Shown in pieces: positions 25,106 through 34,890 of a DNA stretch of 64,000 bases. Location of the stretch: the NCBI GenBank assembly GCA_963812605.1, contig CAWEWF010000010.1, positions 179,678-243,677 on the forward strand, read 5' to 3'. This DNA is from an uncultured Verrucomicrobiae bacterium (GTDB lineage: Bacteria; Verrucomicrobiota; Verrucomicrobiia; Palsa-1439). The translations under genes were made by a program, and so were the position numbers. Every line of letters begins with the position of its first letter. Position 1 is the stretch's first letter. Under the pieces are notes generated by a model. It was given only the letters and a program-made list of their open reading frames with translations, was not told where the DNA came from and did not search any database.

Positions 25106-25227
25106 AGTGAATACCTGTTTGTTGTACCGAAGCTCCGCAGTCTCTTTGTAACAGAGGTGTCTCACCCCTGTCAAACCCAACATTGCCATTCCGCCACGCC
25201 TTGGCGGGTGGTATACTCGCTGTCGTA

Positions 25228-26989
25228 ATGAGTCGACTCGGAGAGTTGTTGTCGCAGTACCGGCGGTTATGGACGTATGTAAAGCCCTATCGCGGCCGAC
25301 TGGTCGGCGGGGTTGTTTTCAGCATTCTCTACGGCCCGATCAACGTGGGCGTCTTATCGGTCGTCCGTCATCTCTGGGCGCGTATATTTGGGCAATCGGC
25401 GGGCAACCTGACGCTGTGGCAGGCGTTCGCGGTCGCGATGCTGCTGCCGGTAGCGATGATTGCGCGTGGTGCTTGCGATTTTCTCGGGACGTACCTGCTG
25501 AACTGGGTGGGGCTGCGCGCAGTAATGGATATGCGGGAGCGATTGTTCGAGCACCTCCAGGGCCTGTCGCTGGATTTCTATAGCGGCACCCAGACCGGGG
25601 AGTTGATTTCACGAGTCACGAATGACGTTGGCGCGGTGCAGCAGGCCATCTCCAATGTTGTCGAGGACATCGTCAAGCAGCCCGTGACATTGGTCTGCGT
25701 CCTGGGCTGGTTGCTTTACGCCGATTGGCGGCTGACGCTGGCGACGTTGGTGCTGTTTCCGATCTGTCTCGTGCCGATTATGGTTTATGGCCGCAAGACC
25801 CGCGTGGCCAGCCGCAAGACGCAGGAACACCAGGCCACGCTGGTCTCTGTCTTGCACGAAGCGATTGCGGGATTTCGCGTCGTTAAAGCGTTCGGCATGG
25901 AAGAGCGTGAGTCCCAGGATTTTCGTAATCTCACCAGCCGGGTGTTTCGCGAACGCATGAAAGTCATCCGTTCGCGCGCCATTTCGGGGCCGATTATCGA
26001 GATGGTCGTCGGGCATCGCCGCCGCACTGGTATTTATTTATGCCTTCGTTTCCCAAATGCAATCAAGCGAACTCGTCAGCTTTGCGCTTGGCTTGTTCAT
26101 GCTCTACGATCCTGTCAAAAAAATCAGCCGCGTGAACCTCCAAATCCAGGAAAGCATGAGCGGGGCGGAACGCGTCTTTCAAATACTGGACACCCAACCC
26201 ACGGTCGTTGAAGCGCCGCAGGCGATTGCCTTGCCGCGCCTTCGGCAGGCCATTCGCTACGAAAACGTCAGCTTCCGCTACGGTTCCAACGGCGCGGTGC
26301 TCGATGAAGTAAACCTTGAAATCCCCGCAGGCTCCATCATGGCCATTGTCGGCGCCAGCGGTGCGGGCAAGACCACTCTCTTCAATCTCATCCCGCGCTT
26401 CTACGATCCAACCGGAGGTTTGGTGACCATCGACGGACAGGACATTCGCCGCGGCACGTTCCAATCCTTGCGCGGCCAGATTGGGCTCGTGACCCAGGAA
26501 ACATTCCTTTTCAACGACACCGTTGCTAATAACATCGCGTATGGGAAGATGGGCGCTTCACGCGAGGAGATTGTCGAAGCGGCGAAGCGCGCCCATGCCG
26601 ACGAATTCATCGCGCAGATGCCAAATCAATATGACACTGTCATCGGGGAGTCGGGGATGAAATTGTCCGGCGGCCAGCGCCAGCGGCTGGCCATCGCGCG
26701 CGCGATTCTCAAGAATCCGCCGATTCTCCTGCTCGACGAGGCCACGAGTGCGCTCGATACCGAGAGTGAACGCGCTGTACAGGCGGCGCTCGACGACCTG
26801 ATGTGGAGTGGGAAACAGAAGAAGGCGCATACGATGCTCGTCATCGCGCATCGTCTTTCAACCGTTCAGCACGCCGATTGCATCATCGTGCTCGACAAAG
26901 GGTGCATCGTGGAGAAGGGGACACACGATCAGCTTCTGACGCTGGGTCAGGTTTACAAACGTCTCTACGAGATGCAGTTTAGCGTATGA
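25228..26989 (+). CDS. msbA: Lipid A export ABC transporter (MsbA-like); one frameshift near 26012
   Basis: TM domain in one ORF and NBD ([24 protein letters not shown]) in the next; removing one G in GTCGGGCATC joins them. Confidence 0.8.
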
Positions 26990-27615
26990 TTGGCTGGCTG
27001 CTGCGAGTCCTGGTTTCGCTCATCGGCAGCACGGTGCGCTGGCGCATCGATGACGCGCCGGGGTTGCTGGCGCGGACGCCGGACCGCTCGTGCATTTTCG
27101 TGTTTTGGCACAACCGTATTTTTCTGATGCCCTATCTCTTCCGCAAATACTGGCACACACGACGCCGTGACCGCGTCGTTGTGCTCGTCAGCGCCAGTAA
27201 GGATGGTGAGAAACTGACGCGCGTGCTCAGCAAGTTCAACCTGATTTGCGTACGCGGTTCGAGCAGCCGCCGCGGGAAGGAAGCGTTACGCGAGTTGACG
27301 CATCTGGTCGACGAAGGTTATGACGCTGGCATCACCCCGGATGGCCCTCGTGGCCCGAAATATCATTGTCACGACGGCGCCATCAGCCTGGCGCAACTCA
27401 CCCAGGCGCCGATCATCCCGGTTTCCTACGATCTGGGGCACAAAATCACGGTGAATAGTTGGGACGGCTTCATGATTCCGTTGCCGTTTACTCACGCAAC
27501 ACTTCGCATCGGGTCACCAATGATCGTGCCCGTCGGTGCGGGAGACAGGCAGCGCGAGCAAAAAAGACTTGAACTCGAAAACATCTTGAAGTCTTTGTCG
27601 GCCAGTCCAGAGTGA
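26986..27615 (+). CDS. Lysophospholipid acyltransferase-like protein (DUF374)
   Basis: FWHNR, SASKDGE, RGSSSRRG, TPDGPRGP, SWDGFxIPLPF. Confidence 0.85.
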   Translation: MIGWLLRVLVSLIGSTVRWRIDDAPGLLARTPDRSCIFVFWHNRIFLMPYLFRKYWHTRRRDRVVVLVSASKDGEKLTRVLSKFNLICVRGSSSRRGKEALRELTHLVDEGYDAGITPDGPRGPKYHCHDGAISLAQLTQAPIIPVSYDLGHKITVNSWDGFMIPLPFTHATLRIGSPMIVPVGAGDRQREQKRLELENILKSLSASPE

Positions 27616-27645
27616 GGCGGCGCAGCTTTTGAAAGAAAGGAACAG

Positions 27646-28143
27646 ATGAGCAAGACAAATAAACCCTTGGTCGGGATTCTCATGGGCAGCGACTCGGATT
27701 GGCCCGCGATGAAACTGGCGGCGGACGCCTGTGCGGAATTTGGCATCGGGGCCGAGGCGCAGGTGATGTCGGCGCATCGGACGCCGGACGATGTCGCCGA
27801 ATACGCACGCACAGCACATACGCGGGGACTGCGCGTGCTCATTGCGGGCGCAGGCGGCGCGGCGCATCTCGCGGGGGTCGTGGCCGCGCAAACGCCGTTA
27901 CCGGTGATCGGCGTGCCGATCGAATCGAAATCCCTGAAGGGACTCGATTCTCTGTTATCCATGGTGCAGATGCCCGCCGGCGTGCCCGTGGCGACCGTGG
28001 CCATCGGTGCGGCGCGCAACGCGGGATTGCTGGCCGTGCAGATTCTGGCCGTGAGCGATGGAAAACTGCAGGCGAAATATTTGGAATTCAAGCGGCGGCT
28101 CGCCGACGAATCGCGGGCGAAAAACGTCACACTCCGACGGTGA
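27646..28143 (+). CDS. purE: N5-carboxyaminoimidazole ribonucleotide mutase
   Basis: [34 protein letters not shown]. Confidence 0.96.
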   Translation: MSKTNKPLVGILMGSDSDWPAMKLAADACAEFGIGAEAQVMSAHRTPDDVAEYARTAHTRGLRVLIAGAGGAAHLAGVVAAQTPLPVIGVPIESKSLKGLDSLLSMVQMPAGVPVATVAIGAARNAGLLAVQILAVSDGKLQAKYLEFKRRLADESRAKNVTLRR

Positions 28144-28243
28144 ATATTTTTCTTTCTCCGCTATGCCAGATATTTGCTGGGCTCCACCGCAAGGATATTT
28201 TTTGAACGAAACCCCGGGCACGGTGTCGAATCTTAATAGCAGG

Positions 28244-28951
28244 CTATGGGTGCCCGTAAGCAATCCACGATGGTAGCTGCGCTTCTCCTAGCCTCAACCT
28301 GGCCTCACCCAGGACACTACCATCCAGCTCGCGGGCACCCGCCAATTCCCCCGCCTCCCCGCGCTCCCGGTAAATCCGATAGCTCTCCATCACATCGGTG
28401 ACATAATCCCGCACGCTCGGAAACGTAATCCCCCCCACAAACTCCCCCACCGTCACCTCACGCCCCCGCGGCAGCCACCGCACCACATTCGCCAACCCCG
28501 CATTATACTCCGCCAACCCCAACGCCACCCGCAACTCCGCCCCCCGCTCCGGCCACCGCCCCATCGCCCGCCCCAGATACCACGTCCCCGCCTCCACATT
28601 CACCCGCGCATCCCACAACAAACTCCGCCCATAATCCCGCCGCCCCACCGCCCGCGCCCACTGCGCCCCCGCCCCCTCCGTCACCTGCATCAACCCAATC
28701 TCCCCGCGGCTCCCATACACCCACGGATCAAACTTACTCTCCCGCCGCACCACCGCCTTCACCAAACACGGATCCACCCCATACTTCCCCGCCACCTCCC
28801 CGATCAATTTATCAAACCGCCGCTCCCGATACTCCCACCGCCACCACACAAACCCCGCCGACCCCACCGCCCCCACCACCAAAACGAGGCTGACCCAATT
28901 CCCGATCCTCTCGAATCCCGACGATTTCCTCTTTCTGCGTTTCCCCGACAT
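28244..28951 (-). CDS. Lytic transglycosylase (SLT domain) with N-terminal TM
   Basis: AVVRRESKF, GEIGLMQV and AEYNAG motifs; coding strand extremely G-rich. Confidence 0.82.
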   Translation of the reverse strand: MSGKRRKRKSSGFERIGNWVSLVLVVGAVGSAGFVWWRWEYRERRFDKLIGEVAGKYGVDPCLVKAVVRRESKFDPWVYGSRGEIGLMQVTEGAGAQWARAVGRRDYGRSLLWDARVNVEAGTWYLGRAMGRWPERGAELRVALGLAEYNAGLANVVRWLPRGREVTVGEFVGGITFPSVRDYVTDVMESYRIYRERGEAGELAGARELDGSVLGEARLRLGEAQLPSWIAYGHP

Positions 28952-29019
28952 ATCCCACGACTATACCGCACCCCCTCTCAATTGGTCGCCCCTCAATTGT
29001 TATACCGCAGTGCCCAAAG

Positions 29020-29365
29020 GCTTTGGTGGCGCAAGCGTCCCTGCTTGCGGCTGTTTTCCTGTAGCAGCCCCCGCTTTCAACGTCATTGGTAGGGACGGCT
29101 CTCCGAGCCGTCCGTCCTCCCCGTAGAATGGGCGTCCCGCCCGTTCTCCTGCCGCCCGCCGTCACACGCCGCCTTCTCCAATCTTAAATCCCAAATCCTA
29201 AATCCAAAATTGCCCCGCCGTCCTCCCCGTTGAACAGGCGTCCCGCCTGTTGCCCCCACCCGTCCTCCTCGCCAACCCCGAACCGCGAACCGTGAACCGA
29301 GAACCCGCTTGCCGTCCCCTCCGCCAAAACCGCGAACCCCGAACCGCGAACCGTGAACCGCCCGA
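29020..29365. repeat. Cluster of REP-like palindromes and heptamer tandem repeats
   Basis: GGTGGCGCAAGCGTCCCTGCTTGCG; GGTAGGGACGGCTCTCCGAGCCGTCC (29088); (AAATCCN)n; (AACCGNG)n after CCGCCAAAAC. Confidence 0.8.
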
Positions 29366-29436
29366 ACATGCGGACAAATCCACCTCATAAGCATGCTCTT
29401 AGTCTTAGGGCGTTGTGAACATTTGCCAGCGTCAGC

Positions 29437-29465
29437 TTGACACAGACGAATGAGAAACCTATATT
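29437..29465 (+). promoter_or_regulatory. Consensus sigma70 promoter, leaderless geometry
   Basis: TTGACA-17-TATATT, ATG 6 nt downstream. Confidence 0.75.
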
Positions 29466-29471
29466 TCAGTC

Positions 29472-29783
29472 ATGGGGCGCGCACTAGAACGGAATCGCAA
29501 GACCGCTGGAAAGCGACGAAAGCCGCATCTCCATCGCAAAATTTCATTTTCATCCGGATTTGGCGGTCGCAAAGATTTGGTGCTAAAACTTGACGACCAC
29601 CTTACGCGAAATAAGGGCATCACAATTCTGGTGGATGACGCCATGTTCCAGCGCACTCTGCAGCAACCGCCCGTCGCAGGCACTCGCAGCCGTTCCGTTT
29701 ACCGGCAGGCCGCTAAAAAGGTCCTGGCCGGGCAGGATATAAAAGTAGTCCGCGCCTCAAAGCCGACCACTGTTCCTGCCTGA
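29472..29783 (+). CDS. Small basic hypothetical protein
   Basis: 103-aa ORF behind a consensus promoter, 2 nt upstream of the next gene. Confidence 0.55.
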   Translation: MGRALERNRKTAGKRRKPHLHRKISFSSGFGGRKDLVLKLDDHLTRNKGITILVDDAMFQRTLQQPPVAGTRSRSVYRQAAKKVLAGQDIKVVRASKPTTVPA

Positions 29784-29785
29784 GT

Positions 29786-30460
29786 ATGGCTGCCGGCAAA
29801 TACGATAAGTGCGTATTTGTTAATTGCCCGTTTGATGAACATTACACACCCATTTTTAATGCGATCATCTTTGCCATTTTCGACTGCGGCTTTGTGCCCC
29901 GCTGCGCTTTGGAAGAACAGGACGCCGGTGAGGTTCGTGCCAGGAAACTGCAGCGAATTATCCAGGATTGCCGGCTCGGACTACATGACATTTCGCGAAT
30001 AGAACTTGATCGCGGTACCCGGCTTCCTCGGTTCAACATGCCGTACGAACTCGGAGTTTTTCTCGGCGCAAAATGCTATGGCGCCGGTAAACAGGGACGC
30101 AAAATCTGCATGATCCTCGAGCGAAAACGCTTTAGTTATCAAAAATACATCTCGGATATTGCCGGCCAGGATATTAAAGCGCATGGCAACGACTCAAAAG
30201 AAGCAGTCGCCATCGTCAGGAATTGGTTGAGTACGACACGGGGGAAGGGTGCGATTTCTGGTCCGAGCAAAATCTGGGACCGGTATTGTGCCTTCACAAA
30301 AAATCTTCCTCAAATGGCACGGTCCGCCGACCTCAGGATGAAAGAATTGACCTACGCGGACCGGGTTGAGTTTATTTCCGCTTGGTTACAAGGTGCAGTC
30401 AAACAGGCTCAAAAAGCTTCACGTGGAAAGAATACCCTACGCCCACGCCGTCGTCCCTGA
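29786..30460 (+). CDS. TIR/nucleoside-deoxyribosyltransferase-like fold protein
   Basis: VFVNCPFD, IIxxCRLGLHDIS, PRFNMPYELG and SDIAGxD resemble TIR/NDT-like Rossmannoid domains. Confidence 0.6.
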   Translation: MAAGKYDKCVFVNCPFDEHYTPIFNAIIFAIFDCGFVPRCALEEQDAGEVRARKLQRIIQDCRLGLHDISRIELDRGTRLPRFNMPYELGVFLGAKCYGAGKQGRKICMILERKRFSYQKYISDIAGQDIKAHGNDSKEAVAIVRNWLSTTRGKGAISGPSKIWDRYCAFTKNLPQMARSADLRMKELTYADRVEFISAWLQGAVKQAQKASRGKNTLRPRRRP

Positions 30461-30635
30461 ACTGGCGAAATAGAGCCCGTCCTGAGCTTGACCGAAGGGA
30501 CCGCTGCCCTCCCCGCCAAAACCGCCAACCCCGAACCCCGAACCTCCAACCCCGAACCGCCCCCAACAAACCGAAAAAAGAAGTGGAAAATTTATCGATT
30601 TACGATATAATGGGGTTAAACAGAGGACATGATCA

Positions 30636-31328
30636 ATGAGGAAATCGACCAGTCGGATTACGCGGTTGCCGGCGGAGGTGCGGGAGGAGATCAATCGGAA
30701 GTTGGACCAGGGATGGGCGTATCGGTCGATTCGGAAATGGTTGTTCGAGCAGGTGGCGGAGTGTGATGTGCCGGCGTTGGAGCTGGTGAAGGGGGATTCG
30801 CTTTCGTTGGCGTGGGTGCGGGCGGCGAAGAGCCCGGAGCACGCGTGGCATCATTGTGAATTGGCGTTGGGGAATTGGTTTCGGGTGCATCATCCGCAGT
30901 GGTTGCGGGAACAGGTGCAGCGGGATGATTCGATGCGGGTGGTGAGGCGGGCGGATTTGTTGACGAAAGAAGCCGCCCAGGTCGGCGGGATACGCCCGCC
31001 GGACGGGGCATCCCGCCCCACAACGACTCTTGGGGCCCAGGCGATCGAGGGCGGGAATGTGATGATGCGGTCGGTATTGGTCGATGCGATCAGTACGATT
31101 CGGGGTGGGAGCAATCATCCGCGGGACATTGCGCAGTTGGCGAATGCGTGGGCGCGGCTGAACCAGACGAACGTGGAGGTGGAGAAGTTGCAGTTGAGGA
31201 CGCAGGATGCGCATAACGTTGCGTTGGATGAGATCGGGAAGGACATTCGCGACATTCCTGAGGCGCGGGAGTTGTTCAGCAAGCTGCTCGCGGTGTTGAA
31301 GCGAGAGGAGGAGGTGCGGAAGAACTGA
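30636..31328 (+). CDS. DUF3486-like (phage Mu gp27-like N terminus) protein
   Basis: SRITRLPAEVREEINRKLDQGxxYRSIRKWL; TATAAT and GAGG upstream. Confidence 0.55.
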   Translation: MRKSTSRITRLPAEVREEINRKLDQGWAYRSIRKWLFEQVAECDVPALELVKGDSLSLAWVRAAKSPEHAWHHCELALGNWFRVHHPQWLREQVQRDDSMRVVRRADLLTKEAAQVGGIRPPDGASRPTTTLGAQAIEGGNVMMRSVLVDAISTIRGGSNHPRDIAQLANAWARLNQTNVEVEKLQLRTQDAHNVALDEIGKDIRDIPEARELFSKLLAVLKREEEVRKN

Positions 31329-31609
31329 TTTTTGATTTTAGATTGGCTATCGCCTGCCGGAGGAAAGATTGCGTGGTATGGCCGCGCCTGGTGTAGCCGC
31401 GCATCTGTGAGGCGCGTTTGCTCAGCAGCGGCTCACAGAGCCGTGGCTAAAGCCCCGGAAGGAAACCCCGCATGAGGACCGTCCCCGCAGCTTGGTCAGC
31501 TTTGGAAACCGCGCGCGAGCGGCAGGTGAAATAATTCGTTGACGGGAGCGCGAAAAACCCACAATAATGACGCTGTTGTTTTGGACCTGTTTGTGCTAAT
31601 TTTGCTTGT

Positions 31610-32206
31610 ATGAGTTCGCCTTTGACCCATCGTAAAGCCACCCAGGCTCTGAATTTTATGGCCCGACAATCTGGTGGCCGTATTAGTCGGTTAAAAGCGC
31701 TAAAGCTACTTTTCTTTGCTGACCGATACCATCTGCGTAAATATGGACGGACGGTTAGCGGATGTACCTATTATGCAATGACTCATGGCCCAGTGGCGTC
31801 CGAAGCGAAGAGCATTGCAGAAGACGATGACCGTTTGCCTTCACCCGCGCGAACCTACGGCCGGCGATTTCTCCGCAAGCGCGATTTCGATTATGCCTCG
31901 GTTGTCAACGTGGATAAATCTGTCCTGTCAGTCAGCGACCTCGAGGCGTTGGACTTTTCCTGGAAGAATTTCGGGCGATTTAACAAGTATCAACTTCGTG
32001 ATATCACGCACCACTACCCCGAGTGGAAGCGCCACGAAGGTGCATTGGGGCATCCGACAAAACGCCGCGTGCCAATGGATTGTGCTGACTTTTTCGATGA
32101 GCCCGACGCGGGCTATATTCCCTGCCACGCTCTCAGCGAAGAAGAACGCAAAGCTGCGCGAGAATTGTTCCTTCAACGTCAGGCCTTCGACAAACGCTGG
32201 AGCTGA
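31610..32206 (+). CDS. Panacea-domain (DUF4065/SocA) antitoxin
   Basis: LKALKLLFFADRYHLRKYGR, AMTHGPV, LRDITHxxPEW. Confidence 0.82.
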   Translation: MSSPLTHRKATQALNFMARQSGGRISRLKALKLLFFADRYHLRKYGRTVSGCTYYAMTHGPVASEAKSIAEDDDRLPSPARTYGRRFLRKRDFDYASVVNVDKSVLSVSDLEALDFSWKNFGRFNKYQLRDITHHYPEWKRHEGALGHPTKRRVPMDCADFFDEPDAGYIPCHALSEEERKAARELFLQRQAFDKRWS

Positions 32207-32209
32207 TCC

Positions 32210-32650
32210 TTGGCAGGTGCCGGCATCGATGTCAAACTCCGGCTGAGTCTCCGCGAAGGAAGTATCTATTATTTTACAGATCGCTCACTCACCTCGACGG
32301 AGCCGCACTACTTCATCGTCATCAATTCGGCCCCGCTCACCCAGTGCGTGCTCCTGCTCTGCGTAGTGACCTCCCAGGTCGCGAACGTAAAACTCCGGCG
32401 CAAGACCTGCCCAGAGACTCTCGTCGAGCTCTCGCCGACCCTGTTTGATGTCCTGAACAAATCATCCATTGTAGATTGTAACGACTTGAAGCAGGTCTCT
32501 CTGATCGAGTTCAACACCCGATTCGTGCGCAAGGAAATCCGCTATTTCGACAAGGACTTGCCCGCTGCATTGCGCAGAGCGCTTCGCAAGGCCATCCACG
32601 CCAGCAACATTGTCTCGCCGGAGCTGAAGGCTCTTGTTAATAGGCCATAA
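32210..32650 (+). CDS. Putative PemK/MazF-like toxin paired with Panacea
   Basis: GSIYY...PHYFIVIN...VVTSQ...SIVDCN pattern; 3 nt after the antitoxin. Confidence 0.55.
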   Translation: MAGAGIDVKLRLSLREGSIYYFTDRSLTSTEPHYFIVINSAPLTQCVLLLCVVTSQVANVKLRRKTCPETLVELSPTLFDVLNKSSIVDCNDLKQVSLIEFNTRFVRKEIRYFDKDLPAALRRALRKAIHASNIVSPELKALVNRP

Positions 32651-32724
32651 TCGGGGCGGCCCCGATAAACACTCTACCACGGCAAGCTTGTCGAAGAGGC
32701 GCCGACTGACTACACTGCGCGCAA

Positions 32725-34311
32725 ATGCCGACGCTGAATTGGATCGGGAAAGAGGCGGTGGTGAACCACCACCTCAAGGTGCCCTTCCATCTCCTCAAGG
32801 ACGTGCCCGATCTCTCCGTTGGCGATCCGGGCAGTGGCAATCTCATTGTGCAGGGGGACAATCTCGTCGCGCTCAAGGCGCTGCTGCCGTACTACGCCGG
32901 GCAGGTCAAGTGCATCTATATCGATCCGCCGTACAATACCGGCAACGAAGGCTGGGTTTACAACGATAACGTCAATAGCCCTCTCATTCAACAATGGCTC
33001 AATAAAACCGTCGGAGACGAAGCCTCCGACCTCTCCCGCCACGACAAATGGCTCTGCATGATGTATCCAAGATTACAGTTGCTTTGGAAGTTTCTAAGGA
33101 ATGACGGTTCAATTTGGATTTCGATGGATGACTCGGAGATCTCCAACCTGCGCTTTCTTTGTGAAGAGATTTTCGGTCGCGACAAATTCGTTGCCAGCAA
33201 TGTCTGGCAGAAGCGGTACTCGCGCGAAAACCGTGAAGCGATTGGCGACGTTCACGAGTACGCGCTTGTCTATGCAAAGAATCCGGAGTTATTCAAGGTA
33301 GCGCGCAATCGCGTACCGATAGACGAAGCACAAGCCAAGATTTACAAAAATCCCAAAAACGATCCTCAGGGGCGGTGGCGTGGCATTCCCATGACCGCGC
33401 AAGGTTGGCGGCCTAATCAGATGTATGAGATCATCTCGCCCGCAGGTATCAAACACGAGCCACCAGAAGGTCGTTGTTGGAGCATGGTTGAAAGTGAGTT
33501 CAAGAAACTCCTAGCCGACGGACGAATCTACTTTGGCAAGGACGGCAAATCGCAGCCGAGCGTCATTCGCTACCTTTCGGAAGTTGATGGCTTCGTCCCG
33601 TGGACTTGGTGGCCGCATGACGAAGTAGGCCACACCGATGAGTCACGCAAAGAGATTCAAACAATACTGGGCACGCAGACAGCATTCGAAACACCGAAAC
33701 CTGTTCGTCTTCTTGAGCGAGTCCTTCAAATCGCCACCAATCCCGGTGACTTGGTTCTCGATTCGTTTGCAGGCTCGGGCACGACCGGTCATGCGGTATT
33801 GAAGCTCAACAAAGAAGTCGCAGCAGACCGTCGCTTCATCCTCGTGGAGATTGAAGCGAAAATTGCACGTGAAGTTACAGCCGAACGCGTCCGCCGTGTC
33901 ATCAAAGGTTACGGTGAGACGCCGGGCCTGGGCGGCGGGTTCCGGTACTGCGAGCTTGGCGAGCCGGTTTTCGACGCGCAACGGAAGATCAACCCGAAGG
34001 TGCGGTTTGGAGATCTGGCGCGGCATGTCTATTTCGTGGAAACCGGCGAGCCCTTGCCAAACGGCAAGCCAGCAAAATCGGCGTTGTTGCACATCTGTCG
34101 CGGCATTGGGATTTATTTGCTCTTCAATGGCATCCTCGGCGATAAGAAGGTTGACGGCGGCAACATACTGACGCGCCCGGTGCTGGCGAAACTCCCGAAA
34201 TATGACGGACCAAAAGTGATTTATGCGGCAGGTTGCCGGCTTGGTGAGGCGAGCTTGCGGGCCGAGGGAATCACGTTTCGCCAGACGCCGTACGAGATCA
34301 AAATGTCATGA
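32725..34311 (+). CDS. mod: Type III restriction-modification methyltransferase (Mod)
   Basis: GDNLxALK, IYIDPPYNTG, HDKWLCMMYPRL, TPKP, DSFAGSGTT; central lower-GC TRD. Confidence 0.92.
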   Translation: MPTLNWIGKEAVVNHHLKVPFHLLKDVPDLSVGDPGSGNLIVQGDNLVALKALLPYYAGQVKCIYIDPPYNTGNEGWVYNDNVNSPLIQQWLNKTVGDEASDLSRHDKWLCMMYPRLQLLWKFLRNDGSIWISMDDSEISNLRFLCEEIFGRDKFVASNVWQKRYSRENREAIGDVHEYALVYAKNPELFKVARNRVPIDEAQAKIYKNPKNDPQGRWRGIPMTAQGWRPNQMYEIISPAGIKHEPPEGRCWSMVESEFKKLLADGRIYFGKDGKSQPSVIRYLSEVDGFVPWTWWPHDEVGHTDESRKEIQTILGTQTAFETPKPVRLLERVLQIATNPGDLVLDSFAGSGTTGHAVLKLNKEVAADRRFILVEIEAKIAREVTAERVRRVIKGYGETPGLGGGFRYCELGEPVFDAQRKINPKVRFGDLARHVYFVETGEPLPNGKPAKSALLHICRGIGIYLLFNGILGDKKVDGGNILTRPVLAKLPKYDGPKVIYAAGCRLGEASLRAEGITFRQTPYEIKMS

Positions 34312-34890
34312 GGCCGAAGAAAACAGTCGAGACGCTGATTCTGACGGTGCGCGGACACAAGGTCATTCTGGATGCCGATTTGGCGGAGTTGTACGGTGTG
34401 GCGACGAAGCGTTTCAATGAAGCGTTCAAACGCAATCGGCAGCGATTTCCCGATGATTTCGCATTTCAATTAACGGCAAAAGAGTTTGAGACATTGCGCA
34501 CACCGAACTCATCGCAGATCGCGATAAGTTCCGGCGACGAACGGGCCCAACCGAACTGGCCGCAATTTGCGACCAGTTCCCGCAAGCACCGCGGCGCGGC
34601 CTATCGTCCATGGGCCTTCACCGAACACGGCGCGCTTCAAGCGGCGAACATTCTTCGGAGCCAGCGGGCGGTGGAAATGAGCCTGTATGTCATCCGCGCG
34701 TTTGTGAAAATGCGGGAAGAACTGGCGGTGAACCGGGAGATTCTCAAGCGATTGACGGAAATCGACAAGACGCTGCTGCAGCATGATTCCGCCTTGCGGG
34801 ACGTTGTACCGGAAGCTGTTGCCGCTTCTCGAACCGCCGCCAGTTCCTCCGCAGCGGCGCATCGGTTTCAAACAGGATGACGCATCATGA
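34308..34890 (+). CDS. ORF6N (KilA-N-like) DNA-binding protein; frameshift near 34805
   Basis: RGHKVILDADLAELYGV, RFPDDFAFQLT, AFTEHGA; corrected tail YRKLLPLLEPPPVPPQRRIGF..* ends in an ATGA overlap with res. Confidence 0.85.

Noticed and set aside
30636-31328. Mu-like prophage
   Set aside because: No transposase, terminase, portal or structural genes lie nearby.
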